DNA from: Prorocentrum cordatum
Lineage: Eukaryota
Direction of reading: 5' to 3'
Length of the DNA: 56,104 nucleotides
Assembly: GCA_963575745.1 (NCBI GenBank)
Contig: CAUYUJ010000112.1
Location: forward strand, 62,001 to 118,104
The position numbers and the translations under genes are program-made. Positions 1 through 11,919 of this stretch are shown in pieces. The notes beneath the pieces are model-generated. The model was given only the letters and a program-made list of their open reading frames with translations. It was not told the origin of the DNA and did not search any database. Each line of letters opens with the position of its first letter. Positions within the stretch are counted from its first letter, which is position 1.

Positions 1-783
1 GAGGCTGAAGCTGAAGCAGGCTGAGGCTGAGGCTGAGGCAGGCTGAGGCTGAGGCTTAGGCAAGCTGATACTGAGGCAGACTGAGGCTGAGGCTGAGGCA
101 GGCTGAGGCTGAGGCAGGCTGAGGCTGTGGCTGAGGCTGAGGCTTGAGGCTGAGGCTGAGGCTGAGGATGAGGCAGGTGAGGCAGACGCTGAGGCAGGCT
201 GAGGCTGAGGCTGTGGCAGGCTGATGCTGAGGCAGGCTGGGCTGAGGCTGAGGCTGATGCAGGCTGAGGCTGAGGCAGGCTGAGGCTGAGGCCGAGGCTG
301 AAGGCAGACTGAGGCTGAGGCTGAAGCAGGCTGAGGCTGAGGCTGAGGCAGGCTGAGGCTGAGGCAGGCTGATGCTGAGGCAGGCTGAGGCTGAGGCTGA
401 GGCTGATGCAGGCTGAGGCTGAGGCAGGCTGAGGCTGAGGCCGAGGCTGAAGGCAGACTGAGGCTGAGGCTGAAGCAGGCTGAGGCTGAGGCTGAGGCAG
501 GCTGAGGCTGAGGCAGGCTGAGCTGAGGAAAAGGTTGAGGCTGAGGCTGAGGCAGGCTGAGGCTGAGGCTGAGGCAGGCTGAGGCTGAGGCTGAGGCTGG
601 GCTGAGGCAGGCTGAGGCTGAGGCCGAGGCTGACGCTGAGGCTGAGGATGCAGGCTGAGGCTGAGGCTGAGGCTGAAGGCTGAGGCTGTGGCTGAGGCTG
701 AGGCTGAGGAGGCTGAGGCTGAGGCAGGCTGAGGCTGAGGCTGAGGCAGGCTGATACTGAGGCAGGCTGAGGCTGAGGCTGTG
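1..783 (+). repeat. (GAGGCT)n / GAGGCAGGCT degenerate microsatellite
   Basis: Continuous gaggct/gaggcaggct units; the same array recurs at 4363-4663. Confidence 0.95.
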
Positions 784-915
784 ACTGTGACTGCCGTTGC
801 CACTGCGACTGTCATCGCGAATGCGACTGCGACTGCGAGAACAGGAGAATTCTACAACTGGATTCTCATCTGGATCTTAAGGGGAATGTTTCCATATATG
901 CTTCTACACATCGCT
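781..915 (+). repeat. ~135-bp dispersed repeat following the GAGGCT array
   Basis: gtgactgtgactgccgttgcc...ctacacatcgct recurs at about 4664-4798; its 3' part also occurs at about 3679-3735. Confidence 0.85.
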
Positions 916-1245
916 ACATAGCGTGCTGCCTGCTCCTGCAGCGCCACCAGCGTGCCTTGCAGCGCTTGCATCATTCGGACTGGAGCGATGTCATGCACTG
1001 GATCCACTGCAACTGTGAACTCTGCCACATTCTCATGCAGGTAGGCCATGTCAGGCTGTTCTGCTGCTTCTCCGTCTTTGTCTGTCTCTTTCTCCTCGTC
1101 AGACTCGTCTCCCGCCTCGTCGTCTCTGCCCACTTCCGGCGCCCTGGATGCTGGCCCCAACAGACGTACCGGGGCTTTGTCCGCACCGTCCACTGGTTGC
1201 AGACAGGCTTGGATGTGGTCTGGCACGCCGTCATTGTCCAGGCCC
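916..1245 (-). pseudogene. Truncated exon-like coding fragment, possibly Helitron Rep-associated
   Basis: Minus-strand frame reads GLDNDGVPDHIQACLQPVDGADKAPVRLLGPASRAP, an acidic tract, then helical MMQALQGTLVALQEQAAR. Protein-like and cut off by the repeat at 915. Helitron resemblance is from memory only. Confidence 0.3.
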
Positions 1246-1888
1246 CTTCATAATCATCCATTCATCATCCATTTCGTTGTCCGTGCCTCTGTATGCTCAA
1301 CCCACTTTTCTGTTCTGTATATTGAATGCGCTGCTTCACCACGCCCCGCGGTGCTTCTCAGCCTGCCTAGTCATTTACGGTTCTTTCAGCCAACTAGCGA
1401 TGGTCAAGAAATTGGTTTTCAAAAAAAAATCTGTGACCAAAAGGTATCGACCCGCGCTGGTCCCTGGCATGGAGAAGAAAGACTTGGCCACTCCGAGGAG
1501 TGCAACTCTTCATTCGCTTCGCTCACTCCGCCGGCCCATGTTGTAGCATCGCTGGCGCTTGCTTCCGTACTCGGGCGCGGGCGTCTGAACGGCCTCCTCG
1601 GGCCGCTTCGGGGTTCTGAGGAGCTCCTTCGGAGCCTTCTGAGGGGTTCTGACGAGCCTCTGAGGGCCCTTCTGGGGAAACCTCTTCGGTCCTCCTGAGC
1701 CTCTGGGAAATCTCTTCGCCTTTCTTGGGACTCCCTGGCGGGCCTCGGGGCCGCGCCCAAAGGGAAAACCATTGTGGATTAACGCGCCTCAGCTCCATTT
1801 CGGCCAGCGAACTTCAGGTCGCCGCCGTGCTGCGAGGAGAACGGCAAGGCGCTCCGGGTGCAGACGTGGTTGCAAAGTTACGCTTCAG

Positions 1889-2974
1889 ATGAATGTCATA
1901 TCTTCACTGTTAGTTGGTGCAAAAAACCCAACAAGCAGATATGAGCGCTTCTTGTACAATCATGCCCTTGTTCGCTGTCGCATTTGCAGTGCTCCTCAAT
2001 CTTCGAATGCAGAACTGCATTTCGCATGTGGGGCATGTGCAGCTAAGCAGGCTCGGGATTGTATATGTTCAGGCATCGCATCTCTGCATGGCAATGTGAA
2101 TTTAAAGCTCTTGTCAGAATTCGTTTCAGGTATCCGATCGCCAGAAAACCCTGTGCACCAACCATTTGACCCCGAGGATCAACGCAAACTGCAGGAATCC
2201 CTGGAGAAAGGTGCTGCGGTGCTTCTCAGCCTGCGGACTTCGCGCAGCACGAGTGTTTTGGTTCGTTCCCGCCACCTCGTGCGTCTGATCTACATTGCTG
2301 CCATGACGGGCTTGGCAGCGACCGTGGATGCTGCAGCGCCATACCTAGCTCAAAACGACTTGAAAGGTTCCAGGCATTACCTCGACACCGCGGAGGTCGT
2401 GCACCGTGGCGGCCAGCACCCGGGGAAGATCTGTCGCGGCAACATTGCAGCGCAGCTTGTTGAGTTCATGCGCGTCGTCGGCAACAAGATGGCGCAACTG
2501 CTCTCCTCATGCACGCCCTCCCTGCAGACGGCCCAGCGGCGACAGGTGCTGCTCAGCCTTGCTCAAGTAGTTTTCCAAATGGCAAGCAAGCGCGAATTCA
2601 AGGTCGATGGATGCGGGGCATACAAGTGCAAACGAATCCTGGAAATCACCATGCTGGCTGGGCTCAGTTCCAAACTGACAGTGCCGCGTTTGCTGCCTGG
2701 TGACCTCTTGGCTTTGTCTGGTCGGTGGCCGGTTCCACGCGGATCGCGCCTTGCCTTGCGAAAGATCATGCCCGGCATGACCACGAAACTTCGCGATCAG
2801 CAGGCTTTGAAAGCGATCTCTTTGACACTGGGCTCCGGCGGTAATGGCAAGTCGGTTCCTGTCTGCACGATATCCGCAATGTTGTGCTTCTGGAATGAGC
2901 ACAAGAATAACGTGTTGCAGCGGGTGCAGGAGTGGGTGCCCAAGATGCTGTCGCGGCAGGCGGCGAGCCGCTGA
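1889..2974 (+). CDS. Orphan hypothetical protein (ORF open from 1772), Cys-rich N-part, possible helix-hairpin-helix C-part
   Basis: 400-codon stop-free ORF in non-repetitive DNA; CxxC..CxxC..CxC cluster; VDGCGAYKCKRILE and ISAMLCFW motifs. Confidence 0.6.
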   Translation: MNVISSLLVGAKNPTSRYERFLYNHALVRCRICSAPQSSNAELHFACGACAAKQARDCICSGIASLHGNVNLKLLSEFVSGIRSPENPVHQPFDPEDQRKLQESLEKGAAVLLSLRTSRSTSVLVRSRHLVRLIYIAAMTGLAATVDAAAPYLAQNDLKGSRHYLDTAEVVHRGGQHPGKICRGNIAAQLVEFMRVVGNKMAQLLSSCTPSLQTAQRRQVLLSLAQVVFQMASKREFKVDGCGAYKCKRILEITMLAGLSSKLTVPRLLPGDLLALSGRWPVPRGSRLALRKIMPGMTTKLRDQQALKAISLTLGSGGNGKSVPVCTISAMLCFWNEHKNNVLQRVQEWVPKMLSRQAASR

Positions 2975-3438
2975 AGCGTTTGCCCACTTTTGCCCGCGGT
3001 ACTTCTCAGCCCGCGGTGCCTCTCAGCCCGCGGTGCTTCTCAGCCCGCGGTTGCTTTTCTAGACGCGTCTGTGCTGATGGGGCAGCACTGTTTTCTTCGC
3101 ATGCACTTCGAGCTTTTCTAGACACGTCGGTGCTGATGGGGCAGCGCTGTCTTCTGTGCAGACACTTCGACTCTTCTGGGCCGTGACTCCCTGCCAGAAA
3201 AATCATACATTGATGCCAGATTCTCGTCTTCACCCACGTCCACTGTTCCCTTCGATCATCAACGCGGACATGAACAGTATAGCACAGAGCACGCACAGCA
3301 CACAGCACACACACAGTGCCGCAGCACATAGCACGCACACACAGTGCCGCAGCACATCACAAAACAACATGGCACACCACACAGCATACACAGCACACCC
3401 ATACACACACGCACATAACACAAGGGGGTGCGCTGCGG

Positions 3439-3636
3439 GCGTTGATAGCAGTGTCTCGTTTGGACATATATCCATTCAAATTCCTTGCGTTGATAGCAGT
3501 GTCCCGTTTGGACATACATCCATTCAAGCTCCGTGCGTTGATAGCAGTGTCTTGTTTGGACACACATCCATTCAAATTCCGTGCGTTGATAGCAGTGTCT
3601 CGTTTGGACACACATCCATTCAAATTCCGTGCGTTG
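3439..3636 (+). repeat. 48-bp tandem repeat x4
   Basis: gttgatagca at 3441, 3489, 3537 and 3585; partial copy at 3633. Confidence 0.95.
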
Positions 3637-3859
3637 CTTTCTTATTGCTACTATTACTGTGACTGTTACTGCTGCTGCATGCCTCCAGCTATGCTTCTAC
3701 ACATCGCTGTTAGGTTGCTTTGCCGGGATAATTTGCTTGTTTTTGTTACCTAACAGCTTGTTCTGATAGGTTTCTAGCGGGGTCAAAAGAGAGCAGCAGA
3801 TGACTCCACAGGGGGGTCTGGGCGGGTGCCGGACAGGGTGCCGCAGAAGTCGTTTTAAG

Positions 3860-4365
3860 CCAACAGTCACACACTTCGTGCTCTTCGACCTCCCAGAACT
3901 CCATTCCCGGGCCACATTCTGTGTGCCCGGAGCCAACTGTAAGCCACTTCGTGCTCTTCGAGTCCCCAGAATTCCATTCCCGGGCCACATTTTGAATGCC
4001 CGGAGCCAACTGTAGGCCACTTCGTGGTCTTCGAGTCCCCAGAACTCTATTCCCGGGCCACATTTTGAATGCCCGGAGCCAACTGTAGGCCACTTCGTGC
4101 TCTTCGACTTCCCAGAACTCCATTCCCGGGCCACATTTTGGATGCCCGGGGCCAACTGTAGGCCACTTCGTGCTCTTCGAGGTTCCCAGAACTCCATTCT
4201 CGGGCCACATTTTGGATGCCCAGAGCCAACTGTAGGCCACTTCGTGGTCTTCGAGTTCCCAGAACTCCATTCCTGGGCATGATTTTGAATGCCCGGAGCC
4301 AACTGTAGGCCACTTCGTGTTCTTCGAGTTCCCAGAACTCCATTCCCGGGCCACATTTTGAATGC
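3860..4365 (+). repeat. 73-bp tandem repeat x~7
   Basis: cacttcgtg at 3872, 3945, 4018, 4091, 4164, 4238 and 4311. Confidence 0.95.
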
Positions 4366-4663
4366 TGAGGCAGGCTGATGCTGAGGCTGAGGCAGGCTGA
4401 GGCTGAGGCAGGCTGAGGCTGAGGCCGAGGCTGAAGGCAGACTGAGGCTGAGGCTGAAGCAGGCTGAGGCTGAGGCTGAGGCAGGCTGAGGCTGAGGCTG
4501 AGGCAGGCTGATGCTGAGGCAGGCTGAGGCTGAGGCTGAGGCTGATGCAGGCTGAGGCTGAGGCAGCCTGAGGCTGACGCCGAGGCTGAAGGCAGACTGA
4601 GCTGAGGCTGAAGCAGGCTGAGGCTGAGGCTGAGGCAGGCTGAGGCTGAGGCAGGCTGAGGCT
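4363..4663 (+). repeat. (GAGGCT)n microsatellite, second array
   Basis: Same units as 1-783. Confidence 0.95.
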
Positions 4664-4820
4664 GTGACTGTGACTGCCGTTGCCACTGCGACTGTCATCG
4701 CGAATGCGACTACGACTGCGAGAACAACAGAATTCTACAACTGGATTCTCATCTGAATCTTAAGGAGAATGCTTCCAGATATGCTCCTACACATCGCTGT
4801 TAGGTTGCTTTGCCGGGATA

Positions 4821-5260
4821 ATTTGTTTTCGCTTGTCCGTCGGCTGCACTGGTCGCGCCAGGCCCGCCCGCCGCCGTCCGGTCGCTCGGCCCCTCGGCTG
4901 GCCCAATTCACTGGTTTTGTTTGTTTATGTTTGGTTTCGCTTGTCCGTCGGCTGCACTGGTCGCCCTGCGCGCACCCGCAGCCTTTCGGTCGCTCGGCCC
5001 CTCGGCTGGCCCCATTCTTTGGCTTTCTTTGTTTCTGTTTGTTTTCGCTTGTCCGTCGGCTGCACTGGTCGCCTCAAGCTCGCCCGCCGCCCCGCGGTCG
5101 CTCGGCCCCTCGGCTGGCCAAATGCATTGGTTTTGTTTGTTTTCGTTTGTTTTCGCTTGTCCATCGGCTGCGCTGGTCGCCCCAGGCCCGCCCGCCGCCG
5201 TTCGGTCGCTCGGCCCCTCGGCTGGCCCAACTCATTCGTTTTGTTTGTTTTTGTTTGTTT
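4821..5260 (+). repeat. 108-bp satellite, left of the retroelement
   Basis: gcttgtcc at 4831, 4939, 5047 and 5155; a GC-rich core alternates with a T-rich tract. Confidence 0.95.
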
Positions 5261-5423
5261 TAGGATGTTTGGTAAAACTGATGGATCTCACCGTTTCCAG
5301 AACTGGCGCGGGCTTCCACTTGCGGCCCCCTTGCTCCTGCCCTTGCCTCCTTGCTTGCCCTTTCCCGCTTCTTCCCCTCTCTCAGCCGCTTGGCGGCTCG
5401 AGCCTTTTCAAAGGCCAAGCTGG
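5261..5423 (+). repeat. Split direct repeat A1
   Basis: 163 bp; about 7 mismatches to 49377-49539. Confidence 0.95.
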
Positions 5424-5520
5424 GGGTCGGCCTCAGTTGGCCTAAGGCCGGGCCCCGGGGCCGGGGCCAGAAGACTTTCGGGACCTGGGACCAGACCCGA
5501 AAGGGGGCGCCCGCGGCCGC

Positions 5521-8027
5521 ATGATGCCGCGCCTGGCGCCGCGCGGCTGGGGGCGGCGGCGACGCTGCCTGCGGGCGCGCAGCTGCGCGGCGGCGGGGGG
5601 CCCGGGCGCCGAGCGGCGCCGGCCCATGCCAGCCGCGGAGCACCCGAGGGCGAGGGGGCAGCCGCCGAGGCACGGCCGCCGCCCACCCCCGCCGAGCTGG
5701 CGGCCAGGCGCGGGCCCGCGCCGGCGCCGGCTCGATGCCAGGCGAGGGCGGCAGAGCGCGCGCGCGCGCGCCGGGGCCCGCCTGGAGGAGCTGCCCGGGG
5801 CCTCGGCGCCGCCGCCAGCCTGCGGGCGCCACAGCCGCGCTGCAGCTCTGCTGCTGATCCTCGTGGCGACGCTTGAGACCGCAGACGCCGGGCCCATGCT
5901 TTGGCGGACGGCTCCCGACCACGAGACCGAGTACATGTACTACGACGACACGTCGGACGTGGACATGAAGGCGTTCTGGCTCGACGGCACCGTGGCCCCC
6001 TCCCCGCGCGAGGACGCGCTGCCGATCGGGGCGCGCCCCGCGAGCGAGCACATTGCTACCGCGGGAGGTGCCGGAGGGGGTCCGCCGCGCGAGCGCTTCG
6101 CGCCGCCGGCCGACCCACCTCCCCAGGGCCCGACCCGCACCCCCCCCCCGACCCCTCCGACTCGGACCCGTCGTCCTGGATCAGGGGTTGGGGTCTTTTC
6201 GGCAACAGTTGGAAAGACATCGGCAACCGCACGCGCCGGTTCGCCGAGGGGATGGGCGGGGGCACTTTCAGGGCTGTTGGGAGCTTCAGGTCTGCCTTTT
6301 CGACTCGTGAGGCAGGAGGTGGTTGGCTGAGCTCAGACGGCGGCTGGGTGCTGTACATGGCCGACCAAGTGGGCCTCTACCTGTTCGGCTCCGCGTGGCC
6401 GCTAGTCGTCGGGCTCGCGGCGATCCTCTCCGGCACTGGCGTGATCGCGCTCCTGGCCCACAGCCTGAGGACGCTTTGCCTCCGCGGCTTGGACATGCGG
6501 TCTGGTGCTGGCATGCTGCCCCTGCCCAAGGCGCAAGACGCCTGGCGAGGCCAAGCTTGACATGCTGGTCCCGCCGGCGGCCCCGCCCCTCACCGACGTG
6601 GTATGGCATGGCCCGCCAGTGGGCGCGGACCCGACCACCGATTGGCATCGCAAGAGCATCAAGGAGGGCAGGGGCTCCAAGCGTGGCCAGAACGACCTCC
6701 TGATCAGGGTCGACTACCGAGTCGCGCGGCTCAAGCTCAACATGAAGTCCCCGGAGCGCATCAACCGCCAAGGACTGTGGGTCGAGTGCGACTCCGTGAA
6801 GGGCGCGAGCGACAAGGGCTTCCGGCGCGAGCTCGAGCAGCGCGACCCGCGCTGGCTCCACCTGCGCCGCTCCGCCGGCTGCACTGGGTGCAAGGGGCGC
6901 GAGAACGAGCTGCACTGCAAGGAGTACGCCGCCCTCGACAACGAGGCTATCGTGGACCTCGGCGACTACTCGAAGTTCACTCCATGCCGGATCTTCGTCT
7001 GGCTCTGGCGGTGGTTGGGCTTGACCTACAAGCTGCTGCTGTGCGTCATCTCATGGCTTTCGTGCTACGGGGCGTGCATCTGCCGCCGGCGACGCCGCCG
7101 TCGCAAGACTGGCGATGCGGAGCCTGGTGTGCAGGGGTCTGTGGCGAGGCTGCTCGACCAGGAGTCCGAGTCCGAGGTGGACGTCGAGGACAACCTCTGC
7201 GAGGCGGTGAAGGTGGGGCTCATGATCAAAGGCAAGATGCGCCCACTGGCGCCTGGAGGCTGTCGCGATGCCGCCCGCGGTGAGCCGACCGTGCTGTTGG
7301 TGGAGGACGGCCGAGCTTCGGACCTCACGCCCCCCAGTGAGGGGAATGCGACGGCTTGCCTATGCGAGCACCACAAGCAGATCTACATGGTCCTACGCTA
7401 TGGCGAGAAGTGCTCTCAGGTAACGTGCTTCCGCGAAGCGGTGGGCATGGCCTCAGGGGTTCCACTCTGCCTGCAGCACCTCGGCGGCGACGCTGCCAAA
7501 GCGATCAACGACGCTCCCACAAGTGGCGGGTTCTTCGCAGGTTTGCGGCGTCGGACCCGGAGGAGCCCTGCCCCGCGGAGCCGCGCGCCAGAGCGTGCCG
7601 CTGCCGCTCCAGCCCGGAGCCGCACTCCAGAGCGCTCCACCCCGGCGGTCCCTGCCCCGGAGGCACCCACCAGCCCGGGCGATCCTGTCCCCGCGCCTGC
7701 GGGACCACCGAGCGTGCGGTTTGAGGCGCCGCCGGTCCCAGAGTTCCCCAAGCCGCCCACGCCGCCGCCCATGCCGCTCGGGCAGCATTTCATCGTTCGG
7801 GCGAAGGTGCAGTGGCCAGAACGGGCGCAGTGGATGATTTTCAGGGGAAGGGCAGCCGATGCCGCCGCAGCCAGCGCGGTCGCCGAGTACCTTGACGGCG
7901 CGATGGCCCTCGAGGTGGAGGATCCGACAGGCACCGTCATCCGTTTTCTGGTGAAGCCTGACGGCGTCATCCGTGCACCTGCTCCGGGGCCCTCGGGGCG
8001 CCTGCCCGCAGAGTTCACCGAGGAGAT
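5521..8027 (+). pseudogene. 5' part of the retroelement polyprotein (signal-like and TM segments, Cys-rich region, Pro-rich linker)
   Basis: Overlapping ORFs 5521-6330, 5901-6560 and 6505-8055 join through frameshifts; reading continues in frame at 23428 once the insertion is removed (EFTEE|MLHHAP). Confidence 0.75.
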
Positions 8028-8512
8028 TCATATAGTTCAACGACTACAAAATTGAATTACCTACGAATTGAAAAACCAAGTAACATGTTACTTGATTTTT
8101 TTGAATTCGCATGTAATTCAAAAAGAAAATTGACGTTCATGAAGGGCTGCGCGAGGCGAGGGCGCCGAGGATACGTGGCGCGGATTTGAGCCAGGGAAGA
8201 GACGATTGAGAATTATGACGGGCAAGATGGAAGTTGGAAGAGAGGGGGAAGGACGGTGATGACGGTCGGCATCGATGGAGTGGCGCGTGGGAACCACGCC
8301 CGCCTCATTTCGCAACGAGCAACTGCGGCAACGTCGCACGTCGAGGCTGCATGTGGTTCAGTCTCGTCCGTGAAGTTTCGAACTTTGCGTGAGGCCACGC
8401 CATCGTCATACCAATCCTGAACATCCCGTGGGCTGCGGAAAAACAGATATCAAAAAGCCATACCATGGGCGCGGGCACCTCCCCCCATTCGCCCTCCCTA
8501 GGTAACAGAGCA

Positions 8513-11225
8513 CAGTCGGCCTTGATGGCGCAGGACGCGCGACAAGACACAATAATCTTCCGACGGCGACATTACGTCCAAAACCACAGGACACAAGGGT
8601 GCCCTGCCAAGGCTGCGACAGCGGCCGACGGTGGCCGACCCGCGGCCTCGCCAAAGGGGGCGCGCGCCAGACTGGACACAAGGGCACCCAACTGGCCGCG
8701 CCACCTATCACGTAGAAAGCGCCTCGCGTCGCGCCGCCCCCGCTCGCTCCCAGAGGCGCGATCGCTCGACCCGTCGCCATGGCCGAGGACCAGAGAACAA
8801 CGGCGCGGGCGACGACGTCGCAAACGAGAGGGCACGCATACCACCCTCCCGCGGCAAAGCGAACTATGGCCATGGCAAAAGACCAGAGAGCAAAAGCGCG
8901 GGCGACGACGTCGCAAACGAGAGGACACGCAAATCACCGTCACGCGGCAGAGAAACGTGTCGCCCTCGCAAAGCACAAAAAACAAAGGCGCGGCCGACGA
9001 CGTCAAAAACGAGAGAACACGCAGACCACCCTTCCGCGGCAAAGCGACTTGCGGCCACGGCAAAGGACCAGAGAACAAGGGTGCAAGCGACGACGTCGCA
9101 AACGAGAGGACACGCATAACACCATCCGCGGCAAAACAACTTCTCGCCACCGCAGAACACACGGGCGCCCCCCCCGGCCGGTCACGCTTGCTATGACGAC
9201 CTATACAATGGGAGTGATGTAGAATCGAACGCCAAATCCTGAAGACCCAAATGCAAAACTTCATTATCAGGTGGGGAGAAGCTGCCATATCAGTCCGCAA
9301 TATACGAAATTGCATACTCAAGGCAACCCACGCGCGCGGCGCGCGCACCGACTGGCAACGCTTGGTATGACGTTTTATACAATGGAAGTGATGTTAAATC
9401 GAAAACCAAACTGTGAAAACCAAATGTAGCACTTCATTCTCCGATCGGAAGAAGCTGTCATCTCAGTGAGCAATACAGAAAATGTTCAATGCAACCCACG
9501 CGCGCGCCCCCCCCCGCCCGACCCGCCACGACAGCGTATGACGTTTTATCACACGAGAGCGATGTTACATGAAAAACCAACTGGTGAACACCAAGTTTAA
9601 AATTCTCAGATCCGAAGAAGCTGACATCGCAGCGTGCAATATACGGAATTGTATAATCAAGGCAACCCACGCGCGCGCGCCCCGACCAGCCACGCTTGGA
9701 CGTTCTATACACTGGGAGTGATGTTAACCGAAAACCGAATTCTGAAAAAAATATGGTCAGATCGGAAGAAGCTGTCATCTCAGTGAGCAATATACGAAGC
9801 TGTATTTTCAGTGCAATCCACGCGCGCGCCTACCTACCGACCACGCTTGGTACTACGTTTTATACAACGGGAACGGTGTTAACTCGAAAACCAAATCGTG
9901 AAAACCAAATGTGCAATTTCATTCTCACATCGGAAAAGCTGCCACATCAATCTGCAATATACGAAACTGTATACTCAGTGCGGCCAACGCGCGCGCACCG
10001 CCCCCGATCCGCCACGCCTTTGTATGACGACCTATACAATGGGAGCGATGTTAGCTCGAAAACCAAATCGTGAAAACCCCATGTAAGATTTCATTATCAG
10101 ATCGGAGGAAGCTATCATCTCAATGTGAAGAATACGAACCTGTATATTCAGCGCAGCCCACGCGCGCGCGCGACCCCGACCGGCCTCGCTTTGCAAGACG
10201 TTCTATACCATGGGAGCGATTCTAAATTGCATACAAAATCGTGAATTCAAATGTAAATTTCATCCTCAGATCGGAAACTGTCATATCAGTGTGCAATATA
10301 CGAAACTGTACATTCAGTGCAGCCCACGCGCGCGCGCGCGCGCCCCCCCCCCCCCCGCCTCCGCCACGCCTGTGCGTGGCTTGTTATACAATGGGAGTGA
10401 TCTTAAATCAAAAACCGAATTGTGAAAACCCATCATAAAACTTCATTCTCTGATCGGAAGAAGCTGTCATCTCAGTGTGCAGTATACGAGATTGTTCACT
10501 CAGTGCAGCCCGCGAGCTATGTGAGGGGCGTGCCGACATGGATGGCGCGGACGCGTGCGCGTTGTGCCATGTGGGCCATCGGTGGAAGTCCCATATGCGG
10601 CCGCGGGCCGCGCGAGGGGCGCGCCGGGGCGGGTGGCGCGCGGAGGGCAGAGGCAGGGGGGGGGAAGAGGAAGGATTGGGACGAGGAGAAGAGGAGACGC
10701 GGAGCACAGTTTCTTCCAAACGAGGACCCAACACCACAGGATGGTTGGGAAACAAAAGCAGCCAATGCAGAGGGCACGAGGGTACCCTTTGCGCGCCCCG
10801 CGCCCTCTGCCCGAATGCGACGATGAATGAAATTGCGGGGCTCGACAAGTACATGGCGCGCGAAGTGCCCTGCTGCGCGGGGGCGACCCCGAATCAACGC
10901 GTCGTTCGTTCACAAGAGGCGCGGCCGCACTGAGAGGGCGTCGCAGAGCGTGGCACCACGGGCGCGGCGCTGGAACCGTAATCCTACGTAGAAACGAAAC
11001 TGGCCACCCAAACCTGAGGGGACACAAAGGCACCCTGGACCAAGGCCATGACCTCCTCACGGCGCGACGCGCCCAGTACGCCGCGGACCAAGCCCCGGGC
11101 ACGCGCATGCATCACAGGGCGCAAGGGTACCCTTGCCTGCAAATGCAAATGACACGACGCGCGATGTACAGGACTCAGGGGTACCATTGATTTGGCAGGG
11201 TCGGCCTACTCATCAAGGCCGATTG
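8513..11225 (+). mobile_element. Non-autonomous Tc1/mariner-like element, copy 1
   Basis: Termini CAGTCGGCCTTGATG ... CATCAAGGCCGATTG, followed by TA; interior made of tandem repeats. Confidence 0.7.
9190..10520 (+). repeat. ~160-180-bp degenerate tandem repeat x~8 inside copy 1
   Basis: Recurring tatacaatgggagtgatg...gatcggaagaagctgtcatctc...cccacgcgcgcg. Confidence 0.85.
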
Positions 11226-11919
11226 TAGACTGCGAGCGCAGCACCGCTGCACCATGTACAAAATAAGCATCCAGCAAGGTACTGATACGCGTCATATCTC
11301 AACAACTTGGATGTAATCTCTATGGGTAGGAGTGGAACAAAGAAGAAAAGAGAGCGAGAGTATGACTCAAGAAGGCTTGTTCTAGCCATACGGAAAGTGA
11401 ATCGAATGCGACTGACCCCTGAGAAACGAAGCGCAAAACCCGCGTGAGTACCGACGAGTATTCCAGGACAGGAACGAGTCATGTGAGACCAGTGTGCGGC
11501 ATGTGGTCGCAGGGTGGCGTAGAGCTGTTACATAATCATCGTAAGAGCCACGCCATGCGCCATTCGGACCGCAGCACTTGTGAACACCGTCTTCAATGGA
11601 GCCTCCTACTGGGCCGCACATCGGCAGGTGTCACTGGTACTTTCCTTTCAGCTCCCCATGCGGCCGCGAAGCGTGCGTGGGATGCGCCATAATGTGTGTG
11701 GTCTGTGTGTTGGAGTGTGTGTGTGTGTGTGTTGGTGTGTGCGTGCTGTGTTGGTGTGGTGCTGGTGGTGGTGGGTGGTGGGTGGCGACGGTGGCGGCGG
11801 CGGCGTTGGTCTGTGCGTGCGCGCGCGAGTGTGCGCGTTGGTGCCGGCGGTCGCGGTGGTTGGGTGGGCGGAGTGAATGGGTGGGCGCGGGGGAAGGGGG
11901 GGGCGGGGGGGGGCGTGCT

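Noticed and set aside
1..783. Telomeric repeat or PQ/AS-repeat protein
   Set aside because: The unit is not TTTAGGG/TTAGGG-like and recurs internally; ORFs are repeat translations
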